A DNA stretch of 64,000 nucleotides, from NCBI GenBank assembly GCA_021405315.1, contig QWIH01000009.1, positions 7,059 to 71,058 of the forward strand, in the 5' to 3' direction. A model generated the notes under the pieces. That model was not told the DNA's origin. It saw only the letters and a program-made list of their open reading frames with translations, and ran no database searches. The stretch comes from Leptolyngbya sp. PLA1 (lineage in GTDB: Bacteria > Planctomycetota > Phycisphaerae > Phycisphaerales > UBA1924). This document shows, piece by piece, positions 28,535 to 37,861 of this stretch. Made by a program: the position numbers and the translations under genes. Numbering within the stretch: position 1 is the stretch's first letter; each line of letters begins with the position of its first letter.

Positions 28535-28540
28535 CCGCGG

Positions 28541-28546
28541 AGGATA
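28541..28546 (-). promoter_or_regulatory. -10-like hexamer TATCCT 6 nt before ATG 28534
   Basis: TANNNT, no SD. Confidence 0.5.
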
Positions 28547-28570
28547 TCGGCCCGCGGCCTCTCGCGACTG

Positions 28571-30901
28571 TCAGGCGGGCTGCTCCGGGGGTGTGTCGGG
28601 GTTTGGAGGCTCCGGGGGCGCGGGCGGCGCGTTCCGGGCGTCCAGCACCGCCGCGAATCGCTGGTAGACGACCGTGACGGCGATGAGCAGGAGGCCCAGC
28701 CCGATGAAGCTCGCGACCCGCCAGATCGCGGGGACGGAGGCGAGGTCGAGGATGACGGCCTTGAGTGAGGCAACGCCGAGGAGGGCGAGGCCCACGTTTC
28801 GGGCCGAGGTGATGCGCTTGGAGAAGCCGAAGACGATGGCGCCGAATCCCAGGAGGCCCCACCAGATGGAGAGGGCCGCACCACGGACAGCGGGGTCGGA
28901 CGCGAGGTTGGTGGCGACGCGGGAGGTTTCGAGGCTGGTGGAGGTGAATCCCATCACGAGGGCGGACAGGAGCAGCGCGAGCCGCCCGTGGCCCAGTGCG
29001 AGCGCCAGCCACGAGCGTGCGGCGATCGAGACGGCGGCCCACGCGAGCCCGCCCCACAAGCCCGGGTAGGCGAGGGGTGCGCCGGGTCTGTCGGGCCATT
29101 CCCAGGCGGGGAACGCGACCAGCCACGCGACGAGCGTCAGCAGGAGTGCTGCGAGGGCGCCGGCGACCAGGGGCGTGTGCGAGCGTGCGGCGGCGATGAG
29201 GCCGGAGGTCAGCAACAGCCACGCGAAGAAGAGCGAGGTGACGTCGACCTCGCGCGAGAGCAGGCCCATGAGGAGGAGCACGCAGCCGAGGGTCATGCAG
29301 GCGTGAGAGACGAAGACCCAGAAGGCGCCCACGCGCTGCTGTGCGCGATTGAGGGCGCCGATGAGCGCGGAAGTCGCGCCCCAGGCGGCGGCCCCGAGGA
29401 ACATGAGCAGCGTCCAGGTGCTGATCTCCAGACCCACGATGAGCGCGGGGTTGGCACGGAGGGCGGGTTGCCAGGCGTCGTAGGTGGCGAGGCGGGCGGT
29501 GGCGATGATCATCGCGACCAGGGCGTAGACGCAGAAGGCGCGGGCGCGGAGCCAGAGCCCTGTCGCCGCGGCGCCCACACCCAGCACCAGCCAGCAGACC
29601 ACCTCGATGTTTCCCTGGAGGCCCAGGGCGACGGCGACGAGCAGCAGTCCCATGGCCTGGACGAGGTGAGACGCGCCGAGCCTCTGGGAGTCGGTCTCCG
29701 GCACGTCGCGCAGGATGGTGAGATTTCCGGCGAGCATGTGGCCCGCCATCGCGCTCAGCACCATCGCGGCGGCGGGGGCCATCCACTCCGGGTACGAGAG
29801 CGTCCGCAGCACCACGGAGGCCAGCGCCACCGACCACACGGTGGTGGAGACGCTGGAGGTGAGCGGGCGCCACGCCGACCAGCGAACGGCTGCGGAGGAG
29901 AACGAGGCCGGGAGCGGCGGTGGGGTCGAGATGAGCCCGCGGCGGAGCGCCGACCAGACCAGTTCGCCCTGGAACGCGGCGTAGGTCGCGGCGACAAACC
30001 CCAGGGAGTACCAGGCGGTCGGGGCGTTCTGCCTCAGGGCCCACACGCTGCCCAGGATGACGGTGCCGAACCAGGCGAGGGTGCGGAGGAACACGAAGGT
30101 GCCGCCGAGCCAGCCCGCGAGCACGAGGCCGATCGCCATCAGGGTGAGGAGGTAGCACGGGAGGACCGCGGGGTGACCGTCCACGTCGGCGAAGAGGAGC
30201 GGGACGATGTAGCCGGCGACGAGCGAGACCGCGCCGACCGCGGCGAGACGGGAGCGCCACGCGACCCCGACGCCGAGGGCCGCGACGCACGCGAGGGCGG
30301 CGAAGGCGATGCCGGGATGGAGCAGGTTGAAGAGCCTGTAGGCGACGTAGACAGAGGTGAAGACTGTGCCGAGACCCGCGGCGTAAGCGCCGAACGCGGC
30401 CCAGGCGTTGATGCGCTTGCGGAGGAACTCTCCGCCCAGGATGAGGGCCAGGCCCAGGAGCACGCCGGAGATGCAGCGCCAGGCCGGCGAGATGCGGAGG
30501 TAGCCGTTGTCGTAGGCCCACTTGAATCCCAGACCGATGCCGATGACGAGGATGATGGCGCCGGCGACGGCGTACCAGCGGCCGCCGAGCAGGCGTTCAA
30601 GGTCGAAGCCGCTCTCGGCCTTGGCGCGCACCGGCCTGATGGGTCGTGGCGCCGGCATGGGAGGCTGCCAGGCCGGCGGTATGGGGGGTGGTGCGCCGGG
30701 TGAGCCTGTGTTGGCGGCGGGGATCGGGGGTGGGAGCGTCGAGGGAATGGTGGGGGGGGTGGTGGGCGGCGAGGCGGCGGCGACGGGCGGCGCGGACGGA
30801 GGCGGGGTGACAGAGAGCGGGGCGATCCCCAGCCTCTGTTCGATGCGGAGGAGGCGTGCCTCGAGTTCCGTCAGCCTGTCGGAGTGGTCCGGTGTCGACA
30901 T
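28571..30901 (-). CDS. DUF2339-like polytopic membrane protein (776 aa)
   Basis: N-terminal RLTELEARLLRIE coiled coil, Pro-rich linker, LERLLGGRW..AGAIILVIG; C-terminal LASVPAIWRVASFIGLG. Confidence 0.85.
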   Translation of the reverse strand: MSTPDHSDRLTELEARLLRIEQRLGIAPLSVTPPPSAPPVAAASPPTTPPTIPSTLPPPIPAANTGSPGAPPPIPPAWQPPMPAPRPIRPVRAKAESGFDLERLLGGRWYAVAGAIILVIGIGLGFKWAYDNGYLRISPAWRCISGVLLGLALILGGEFLRKRINAWAAFGAYAAGLGTVFTSVYVAYRLFNLLHPGIAFAALACVAALGVGVAWRSRLAAVGAVSLVAGYIVPLLFADVDGHPAVLPCYLLTLMAIGLVLAGWLGGTFVFLRTLAWFGTVILGSVWALRQNAPTAWYSLGFVAATYAAFQGELVWSALRRGLISTPPPLPASFSSAAVRWSAWRPLTSSVSTTVWSVALASVVLRTLSYPEWMAPAAAMVLSAMAGHMLAGNLTILRDVPETDSQRLGASHLVQAMGLLLVAVALGLQGNIEVVCWLVLGVGAAATGLWLRARAFCVYALVAMIIATARLATYDAWQPALRANPALIVGLEISTWTLLMFLGAAAWGATSALIGALNRAQQRVGAFWVFVSHACMTLGCVLLLMGLLSREVDVTSLFFAWLLLTSGLIAAARSHTPLVAGALAALLLTLVAWLVAFPAWEWPDRPGAPLAYPGLWGGLAWAAVSIAARSWLALALGHGRLALLLSALVMGFTSTSLETSRVATNLASDPAVRGAALSIWWGLLGFGAIVFGFSKRITSARNVGLALLGVASLKAVILDLASVPAIWRVASFIGLGLLLIAVTVVYQRFAAVLDARNAPPAPPEPPNPDTPPEQPA

Positions 30902-31030
30902 TCCCGTCCTTTGGGGAACCGGGCGGTCGCCCGGGTGCGTCACTCAATGCGTCATCCGCTCGCCCGAACGCCAAGATGCCGAGGGTGTGAAGCCTATCAG
31001 ACCGGGTGGGAGGCTGCCCGCGTTGTCCGG

Positions 31031-31036
31031 TACACT
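31031..31036 (+). promoter_or_regulatory. -10-like hexamer TACACT 7 nt before acs ATG 31044
   Basis: TANNNT, no SD. Confidence 0.5.
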
Positions 31037-31043
31037 CCGTGAA

Positions 31044-33140
31044 ATGAGCACGAACAACTCCCAGGGCACGATCGACAACCTGCTGCATGAGAATCGGGTC
31101 TTTCAGCCCCCGAAGCACGGGCCGGGCCCCTGGCACCTGGCGTCCATGGACGAGTATCGGCGTCTGCACCGGCGGAGCGTGGAGAACCCCGAGGCCTTCT
31201 GGGCGGAAGAGGCGGAGAGGCTGGCGTGGTTCCGCAGGTGGGACAGGGTGCTGGAATGGAACGCGCCCGATGCAAAGTGGTTCGGGGGCGGGACGCTGAA
31301 CGCCTGCTACAACTGCGTGGACCGGCACGTGCAGGCGGGCCACGGCGAGCAGACGGCGCTGGTGTGGGAGGGTGAGCCGGTGGGGCCGGCGACGAGCCAC
31401 GAGGTGTCCTCGTCGGCGTATTCCCGCGAGCCGCAGATCCGCAGGCTGACGTATCGGGCGCTGCAGCAGGAGGTGAGCCGGTTCGCGAACGTGCTGAAGG
31501 GGCTGGGGGTGGGTCGTGGGGACGTGGTCACGATCTACATGCCGATGGTGCCGGAACTGGCGGTGGCGATGCTGGCGTGCGCCAGGATCGGCGCGGCGCA
31601 CAGCGTGATCTTCGGCGGCTTTGCGGCGACGGCGATCAGCGAGCGGGCGATCGACGCGAAGAGCCGCGTCGTGGTGACCTCGGACGGGGGCAACCGACGG
31701 GGGGAGGTGCTCAAGCTCTCGCGAACGGTGGAGGAGGCGGTGTCGCTGGCGGCGTCGCACGGGCACTCGATCGCGGACGTGGTGGTGCTGCGCCACACGG
31801 CGCACGAGAAGCCGAGCGAGCGGTTCAGGACCGGGGAGGTGCGTCACGGGGCCCGCATGCACTGGTGGCACGATCTGGCGGCGGGGGTGAGCGACGCCTG
31901 CCCGTGCGAGGCGATGGACAGCGAGGCGATGCTGTTTCTGCTGTACACCAGCGGGAGCACGGGCAAGCCCAAGGGCATCGTGCACACCACGGCCGGGTAC
32001 CTGGCCTTCGTGCAGATGACGGCGAGGCTGACATTCAACCTGATCCCCGACTGCGGGCAGTTGTTCTGGTGCACCGCGGACATCGGGTGGATCACGGGGC
32101 ACTCGTACGTGCTGTACGGGCTGCTGATGAACCGGGTCACGACGCTGATGTACGAGGGCGCCCCGAACTACCCGGCGCAGGATCGGTTCTGGGACATCAT
32201 CGAGAGGCACCGGGTCACGCAGTTCTACACGGCGCCCACGGCGATCCGGACGTTCATGAAGTGGGGCGACGAGCTGCCGGCGAAGCACGACCTGTCCTCT
32301 CTGCGGATTCTGGGGACGGTGGGCGAGCCGATCAACCCCGAGGCGTGGATGTGGTATCACCGGCATATCGGGCGGGACGCGTGCCCGATCGTGGATACGT
32401 ACTGGCAGACGGAGACTGGCGGGCACGTGTGCACACCCTTGCCCGGCGCGGTTCCGACGAAGCCCGGGTCGTGCACCGTCCCGATGCTGGGGATCGACGC
32501 GGTGGTGGTGAACGAGAAGGGGGAGGTTCTGCCGCCGGACAAGGGCGGGCTGCTGGCGATCCGACGGCCCTGGCCCGGGATGCTTCGAGGCGTCTTCGGG
32601 AATCGCGAGCGGTTCGTCTCGAACTACTTCGGACGGCTGAAGGACCCCGCGACCGGCACGCCGTACTACTTCAGCGCTGACGGAGCCCGGCGGGACGGGG
32701 ACGGGTACTTCTGGGTGATGGGGCGTGTGGACGATGTGATCAAGGTGAGCGGGCACCTGCTGGGAACGATGGAGGTGGAGAGCGCGCTGGTGAGCCACCC
32801 GGCGGTGGCGGAGGCGGCGGTGGTGGGCGTGCCTCACGAGATCAAGGGGAACGCGATCCACGCGTTCGTGAGCCTGAAGCCCCAGTGGCTGAAGGCGAAC
32901 GCCCGTCACGCGGACGACTCGCTGAAGGCGGAACTGGTGGGGCACGTGTCGAAAGAGGTGGGGGCGCTCGCGAAGCCGGACGTGATCCGGTTCGCGGAAG
33001 GGCTGCCCAAGACGCGTTCGGGCAAGATCATGAGACGACTGTTGCGGGACGTGGCTTCAGGGGTGGAGAAGATCACGCAGGACACAACCACGCTGGAGGA
33101 CTTCAGCGTGGTGGCAAAGCTGCGGGAGGACGACGAGTAG
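31044..33140 (+). CDS. acs: Acetyl-CoA synthetase (acetate-CoA ligase), 698 aa
   Basis: LYTSGSTGKPKG, DIGWITGHSY, GEPINPEAW, IVDTYWQTETGG, GRVDDVIKVSGHLLG, PKTRSGKIMRR. Confidence 0.96.
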   Translation: MSTNNSQGTIDNLLHENRVFQPPKHGPGPWHLASMDEYRRLHRRSVENPEAFWAEEAERLAWFRRWDRVLEWNAPDAKWFGGGTLNACYNCVDRHVQAGHGEQTALVWEGEPVGPATSHEVSSSAYSREPQIRRLTYRALQQEVSRFANVLKGLGVGRGDVVTIYMPMVPELAVAMLACARIGAAHSVIFGGFAATAISERAIDAKSRVVVTSDGGNRRGEVLKLSRTVEEAVSLAASHGHSIADVVVLRHTAHEKPSERFRTGEVRHGARMHWWHDLAAGVSDACPCEAMDSEAMLFLLYTSGSTGKPKGIVHTTAGYLAFVQMTARLTFNLIPDCGQLFWCTADIGWITGHSYVLYGLLMNRVTTLMYEGAPNYPAQDRFWDIIERHRVTQFYTAPTAIRTFMKWGDELPAKHDLSSLRILGTVGEPINPEAWMWYHRHIGRDACPIVDTYWQTETGGHVCTPLPGAVPTKPGSCTVPMLGIDAVVVNEKGEVLPPDKGGLLAIRRPWPGMLRGVFGNRERFVSNYFGRLKDPATGTPYYFSADGARRDGDGYFWVMGRVDDVIKVSGHLLGTMEVESALVSHPAVAEAAVVGVPHEIKGNAIHAFVSLKPQWLKANARHADDSLKAELVGHVSKEVGALAKPDVIRFAEGLPKTRSGKIMRRLLRDVASGVEKITQDTTTLEDFSVVAKLREDDE

Positions 33141-33145
33141 GGGCT

Positions 33146-33862
33146 TCAGGCGCCGGGCCCGGGCGCGAGCAGCGGGTGCGTCTCGGGCTGGAAGGGGAGC
33201 CAGGGGACGGGATGGTCCCGGAGCTCACCGAGCAGGCGCAGGTAGCGGGGCTGAGAGATCTCGTGGCAGCCGAACTGGGCGAGGTGCTCGTTGGTGAGCT
33301 GGGCATCGAGGAGCGAGAACCCGCGCGAGCGCAGATGGTGGACGAGGTGGACGAGGGCCACCTTGCTGGCGTCGGTCCCGCCCGACTCGGGCGATGAGAA
33401 CATGGACTCGCCGCAGAAGACCCCGCCGAGGGCGAGGCCATAGAGGCCGCCGACGAGCCGTGGCGCGGTGGTCGCGGAATCGTGGAGCCAGACTTCGAGG
33501 GAGTGGGCGTGTCCGGCGGCGTGGAGGAGCTCGAAGAGCTCGATGATCTCGTCGGAGAGCCAGGTTTGCTCGCGGCCTCGCGCGGGGGCCGCGCAGCGGC
33601 GGATGACGTCGGCGAAGGCGCGGTCGGTGGTGAGGACGAACCCGCGATTTCTGACGGCGGCGCGGAGCGATCGGCTGGTGCGGAATGCGTGGGGCTCCAG
33701 CGGGAGGATGCCCCGATTCCTGGGCTGCACCCATTGCACTTCCCCTGTATCCTCGTCGTGCATCGGGAACCAGCCTTCCCGGTACAAGCTGAGCACGGCG
33801 TCGACCAGTCTCTGCTGCTCGGGGCTGAGTGATCGAAGGGGTGGCGGTGCGTCGGGGGACAT
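33146..33862 (-). CDS. aat: Leucyl/phenylalanyl-tRNA--protein transferase
   Basis: YREGWFPM, AHSLEVW, LVGGLYGLALGGVFCGESMFS, DASKVAL, LLDAQ. Confidence 0.93.
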   Translation of the reverse strand: MSPDAPPPLRSLSPEQQRLVDAVLSLYREGWFPMHDEDTGEVQWVQPRNRGILPLEPHAFRTSRSLRAAVRNRGFVLTTDRAFADVIRRCAAPARGREQTWLSDEIIELFELLHAAGHAHSLEVWLHDSATTAPRLVGGLYGLALGGVFCGESMFSSPESGGTDASKVALVHLVHHLRSRGFSLLDAQLTNEHLAQFGCHEISQPRYLRLLGELRDHPVPWLPFQPETHPLLAPGPGA

Positions 33863-33883
33863 GGGTTCCGGCTGAGAGGGTAT

Positions 33884-34708
33884 GTGATGAAGGACCGGGC
33901 GTATGTCATCCTTGTGTCTTGGCCGACCGATCGCGAAGAAGAAGGCTGCGTGCGGGCGGTGCGTGCGGCCGTGGGGTGCGATGAGTACACGGCGAGGCTG
34001 ATCGCGAGGCGGCGGGTGCCGTGCATCGCGGCGCGGGCGGAGTCGGGGTCGGAGGCGCAGAGGGTGGTGGGGCGGCTGCTGGGCGAGGGCGTCGGCGCCC
34101 TCAGTCTGACATGGGAGCAGATCGCCTCGGGGCTGGAGCCGCCGCTGCTGCGGAGCCTGGCGTGGGCGGAAGGCGCTCCGGCGCCGATGTACCTCGCGAG
34201 CCGGGTTGACGGAGGCGTCGAAGGGCTGAAGGCGGCGGACCTGAGGCTGCTGGTCCGCGGAAAGGTACGGATCTCGAAACGGGAGGCGATGCCCAACGCG
34301 AACATCGGGGAGTTTGCGCGGACGCCGGTGGACCCGATCCTGGGCGTGCCGGTTCCGGCGGACCCGACGCGGGCGAAGGTTCTGCTGAAGACGGTGGAGG
34401 TGCTCGACCTGCACCTGCTGGACGGGACGCAGTTGCGGTGCGACGGGTCGCGATTCTCGTTTCTGTCGACGGGCGGATCGCTGGGGATCTCGGACACCGA
34501 GAACATGGACAGGCTGGCCATGAAGCTTGCGGGTGAGGCTCCGCGGGCGGTGGTGGACACCGGGTTTGGCGAGGCCAGGTTTCTGTCGGAGTACATGGCC
34601 GACTTCATGAGCGTGCGCGGGTCGCTCCAGGGTGGAGACCCGCGGGGCATGGTCGCGCTCTCGATCTACAGCCGCATGATGGCGGGCGTCCGTGCGTGGA
34701 TGGGCTGA
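33884..34708 (+). CDS. Hypothetical protein (274 aa)
   Basis: Host-like codon usage, fills the gap between aat and dnaB, globular composition; no family recognised. Confidence 0.7.
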   Translation: MMKDRAYVILVSWPTDREEEGCVRAVRAAVGCDEYTARLIARRRVPCIAARAESGSEAQRVVGRLLGEGVGALSLTWEQIASGLEPPLLRSLAWAEGAPAPMYLASRVDGGVEGLKAADLRLLVRGKVRISKREAMPNANIGEFARTPVDPILGVPVPADPTRAKVLLKTVEVLDLHLLDGTQLRCDGSRFSFLSTGGSLGISDTENMDRLAMKLAGEAPRAVVDTGFGEARFLSEYMADFMSVRGSLQGGDPRGMVALSIYSRMMAGVRAWMG

Positions 34709-34714
34709 GGGGAG

Positions 34715-36403
34715 TCAGAGCCCTTCTTCGAAGTCTGAATCGCGGTCTGGCCCGCCGCCGTCGCGGTGGCCTTCGACTGGCCCGCTGCGGGGCTTGTTGC
34801 CGAAGGAACTGCCGGGGGACGGATTGAAGGGCGGGGGCTCCTTGACCTCGGTGGACTGGGTCCAGGGGCGGGACCCGCCTGGGGAGGATGGGCCTCCCGC
34901 GGGCGGCTTGTGCGTGGGTGCGAAGTGGCGGTCGAGATCGGCGGGTGCGCGGCTGCTGGCGTCGTAGGTGCGGAACCGCGTGGATCGGTTGTCCCAGGCG
35001 AGCTTCACGACGCCTGTCGGGCCGTTTCGTTGCTTGGCGATGATGAGCTCGGCGAGGCCCACCTTGTCGGGGTTTTCGGAGGCCCAGTCGGGGTTGTGGA
35101 CGTGGTAGTAGTCCTCGCGGTGCAGGAGCATGATGACGTCGGCGTCCTGCTCGATGGAGCCTGACTCGCGGAGGTCGGACATGCGGGGCCTGTTGCCCTC
35201 GCGCTGCTCGCTGGCGCGGTTGAGCTGGGAGAGACAGACGATGGGGATGTTCAGCTCGCGGGCGAGCGCCTTGACGCCCCGAGAGATCGTGGAGACCTCG
35301 ACCTGTCTGGACTCGCGAGCGGCCCCGGGCGCGGACATGAGCTGGAGGTAGTCGATCATGATGACGCGCACGCCGTGCTGGGCGACCATGCGCCGCGCCC
35401 TGGCGCGGAGGTTGAGGACCGAGAGGTTGGGGGTATCGTCGATGAAGATCGGTGCGGCCTTGAGGTCCTCGGCGGAGAGCATGAGGCGGCGGAAGTCGTC
35501 GTCGGGGATCTTGTGCCCGCCCCGGAGGGCCTGGCTGGAGACGCCGGACCGGGCCGAGAGCAGTCGCTGCACGATCGCGTTCTTGGACATCTCCAGCGAG
35601 AAGAGCCCGACCGGGGAGGTCGAGTTGCCGTGCGCGCCGGGGATGCCCGGCCCGCCGACGGCCATCTGCTCCGCGAGGTTCAGCGCGAGCGCGGTCTTGC
35701 CCATGGAAGGACGTGCGGCGAGGATGACCATCTCGCCGGGCTGGAGGCCCCGGAGGAGTTCGTCAAGGTCCGAGAAGCCGGTGGAAACGCCGGTGAGGCC
35801 GCCTCCCTCGAAGTCCATGGCCTCGATGCGCTTCATCTCGAGGTCGAGAAGGCCGGCGAGCGATTCCGGGTCTGACGCGGACTGCTCCTGTGCGATCTCG
35901 AAGACGCGCATCTCGGCGCTATCGAGCACTTCGCGGGCGCCCTCGGCCCCAAGGTCTCCGACGTGGTAGCAGTCGTAGAGGATCTGGCCCGCGGCATCGA
36001 TGAGCCTGCGGAGCTTGGCCTTCTCGGCGACGATTCGGGCGAAGTGGGGGGCGTTCACCGCGGTCGGGACGGCCTCCGCGAGCGAGAGGAGGTAGTCCGG
36101 TCCTCCGACGGCGTCGAGGACTCCGCGGTCCTTGAGGAGCTCGGAGAGCTGCACGAGGTCGCCGCTGTGGCGGGCGTCGTAGACATCGACGATGGCCTGG
36201 TAGATCTGGCCGTGGGCCTCGCGATAGAAGTCCCCGGCGCCGCGAACGACGCCGAGGACGTCCGGGATGACGTTCGGATCGAGGATGAGGGAACCCAGGA
36301 GGGACATCTCCGCCTCCGGGCTGGCGGGGGGCTGCCTCTCGAAGAGCGCCTGGGCCGAGATCGGTGCGGAGCGCTCTCGTCGTGCTGGGAAGTCGCGGGC
36401 CAT
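34715..36403 (-). CDS. dnaB: Replicative DNA helicase DnaB (562 aa)
   Basis: PPASPEAEMSLLGS, AARPSMGKT, FSLEM, IDYLQLM, LSQLNR, RPRMSDLRESGSIEQDAD, AKQRNGPTG. Confidence 0.97.
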   Translation of the reverse strand: MARDFPARRERSAPISAQALFERQPPASPEAEMSLLGSLILDPNVIPDVLGVVRGAGDFYREAHGQIYQAIVDVYDARHSGDLVQLSELLKDRGVLDAVGGPDYLLSLAEAVPTAVNAPHFARIVAEKAKLRRLIDAAGQILYDCYHVGDLGAEGAREVLDSAEMRVFEIAQEQSASDPESLAGLLDLEMKRIEAMDFEGGGLTGVSTGFSDLDELLRGLQPGEMVILAARPSMGKTALALNLAEQMAVGGPGIPGAHGNSTSPVGLFSLEMSKNAIVQRLLSARSGVSSQALRGGHKIPDDDFRRLMLSAEDLKAAPIFIDDTPNLSVLNLRARARRMVAQHGVRVIMIDYLQLMSAPGAARESRQVEVSTISRGVKALARELNIPIVCLSQLNRASEQREGNRPRMSDLRESGSIEQDADVIMLLHREDYYHVHNPDWASENPDKVGLAELIIAKQRNGPTGVVKLAWDNRSTRFRTYDASSRAPADLDRHFAPTHKPPAGGPSSPGGSRPWTQSTEVKEPPPFNPSPGSSFGNKPRSGPVEGHRDGGGPDRDSDFEEGL

Positions 36404-36411
36404 GAGGGCTG

Positions 36412-36417
36412 ACCGTA
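36412..36417 (-). promoter_or_regulatory. -10-like hexamer TACGGT 8 nt before dnaB ATG 36403
   Basis: TANNNT, no SD. Confidence 0.4.
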
Positions 36418-36500
36418 CGGGGGCAGAGCGACGGGGGGGTGTTGGGGGCGTCGCAAATGGGCGGTTCTGGCGGGTAGTGTGGACCCGTTGTCGGTTGGGC

Positions 36501-36516
36501 GTTCTGGGACCAGAAC
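36501..36516. promoter_or_regulatory. Palindrome GTTCTGG-N2-CCAGAAC in the dnaB/HDOD divergent intergenic region (candidate operator)
   Basis: Perfect 7-bp arms; a third GTTCTGG copy at 36464-36470. Confidence 0.35.
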
Positions 36517-36629
36517 CCGCCCGGAGAGGGGTCCTGAACGCGAGGCCGGCTGATTCGGGGCTGGGCGTTGGTCGATTTGGAGGGTAACCGCCCCGAACGG
36601 GGCGGCGTCTCCCGGAGGACAGCAGGCGG

Positions 36630-37856
36630 ATGAAACCTCGCGCACTCCAGACCGCCCAGGAAGTCGAGCGGACAGCCGCGATGCTGGACCAGAAGCTCGA
36701 GAGCATCGGCCTGGCGAGCCAGCCGGAGGTGGTGCTCCGGCTGCTGAAGATGATCAGCGACCCCGGGTCGCAGATTCAGGACTTCGCGAAGGTGATGCGG
36801 ACGGATCATGCGATCGCGGGGCGGGTTCTGAAGCTGGCAAACTCCGCGATCTTCGCGCAGCGGACCCCGGTGACGACGCTGGAGCGGGCGTGCCTGGTCC
36901 TGGGGCTGGAGCGGCTGAAGTATCTCGCGGTCGGGTTCCATCTCAGCCGCGGGGCGACCGGCGGCACGGCGACGGCGGGGCTGGAACGCTCGCTCTGGGG
37001 CGCGTCGGTCCTTCGCGCGTGCATGGCCTCGGAGCTGGCGCGCGTGGTGGCGCCCTCGTCGGTGCCGGAGTCGTTCGTGGTCGGCCTGATGATGGACGCG
37101 GGCCAACCCCTGATGCTGAGGCTGCTGGGTGAGCAGTACCAGTCGATGCTGCTGGAGTATCCCGAGCCGGGGCGGCTGTTCCTGCGAGAGGGCGAGTCTC
37201 TCGAGTTTACGCATGTGGACATGATCGGCGCACTGGCCCGGCGCTGGCGCTTCCCGGACCTGCTCGCCAAGCCTCTGGCCTGGCACCACACGCGCCCGCC
37301 CGAGGTGCCCGCGGGGGATGCCGTGAGCCGGCTCCACCGGCTTTCGTACGTGGTGGGCATGATGAACCTGGGCTCCGTCATGGAACCGAGGCTCACCGAC
37401 ACCTCTCCGGGGCTCGACGCGGGCGCGAGGCTGCTGGGCCTCTCGCGGAAGGACCTGGATGGCGTGGTGGCACGCTGCACCCACGAGTACGGAGTGACGT
37501 CCACGATGTTCTCCGACGTCGCGGCTTCGCTTGGAGAGGGGGAGCAGCTCGCGGCGCTCATCGAGCGAAGCCTGGAGCAGGCCATCGAGATCGAGGTGCA
37601 GCGGAGCCTCGAGGAGGAGCAGTCGCGGGCGCCGCGGCGCATCTCCTTCTGCGGGCAGACCATCGAGATCGAGACCGAGCCCGCCGGAACGCTCGTCGCC
37701 TATCTCTACGACTGCCAGGGCCAGAGGCTGATCAGCCACCGGATGCTGCCCGGCGGGGTCAACCTCTCGAGCCTTCTGGATGGGCTGGGGCTTCCGCCCG
37801 CCGGCCCTGAGGACGCGGCGAGGCTCGAGGACTATCTGCGCAAGGTCGCGGCGTAG
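36630..37856 (+). CDS. HDOD domain-containing signal transduction protein
   Basis: DHAIAGRVLKLANSA, TLERACLVLG, FVVGLMMDAG, HVDMIGALARRWRFP, WHH. Confidence 0.88.
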   Translation: MKPRALQTAQEVERTAAMLDQKLESIGLASQPEVVLRLLKMISDPGSQIQDFAKVMRTDHAIAGRVLKLANSAIFAQRTPVTTLERACLVLGLERLKYLAVGFHLSRGATGGTATAGLERSLWGASVLRACMASELARVVAPSSVPESFVVGLMMDAGQPLMLRLLGEQYQSMLLEYPEPGRLFLREGESLEFTHVDMIGALARRWRFPDLLAKPLAWHHTRPPEVPAGDAVSRLHRLSYVVGMMNLGSVMEPRLTDTSPGLDAGARLLGLSRKDLDGVVARCTHEYGVTSTMFSDVAASLGEGEQLAALIERSLEQAIEIEVQRSLEEEQSRAPRRISFCGQTIEIETEPAGTLVAYLYDCQGQRLISHRMLPGGVNLSSLLDGLGLPPAGPEDAARLEDYLRKVAA

Positions 37857-37861
37857 GCCCC

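Noticed and set aside
30640-30830. G-run-rich tract resembling a G-quadruplex or repeat element
   Set aside because: It is the reverse complement of a poly-Pro linker in the DUF2339 protein; explained by coding
28272-32945. 749-aa and 782-aa minus-strand ORFs
   Set aside because: Alternate frame of the DUF2339 gene and antisense of acs, respectively
34715-36403. Possible intein in the long DnaB
   Set aside because: Helicase motifs are contiguous; extra length comes from N- and C-terminal low-complexity tails
36476-36486. Possible DnaA box (TGTGGAC) near dnaB suggesting oriC
   Set aside because: Single site with 3 mismatches to TTATCCACA; no AT-rich unwinding element or box cluster
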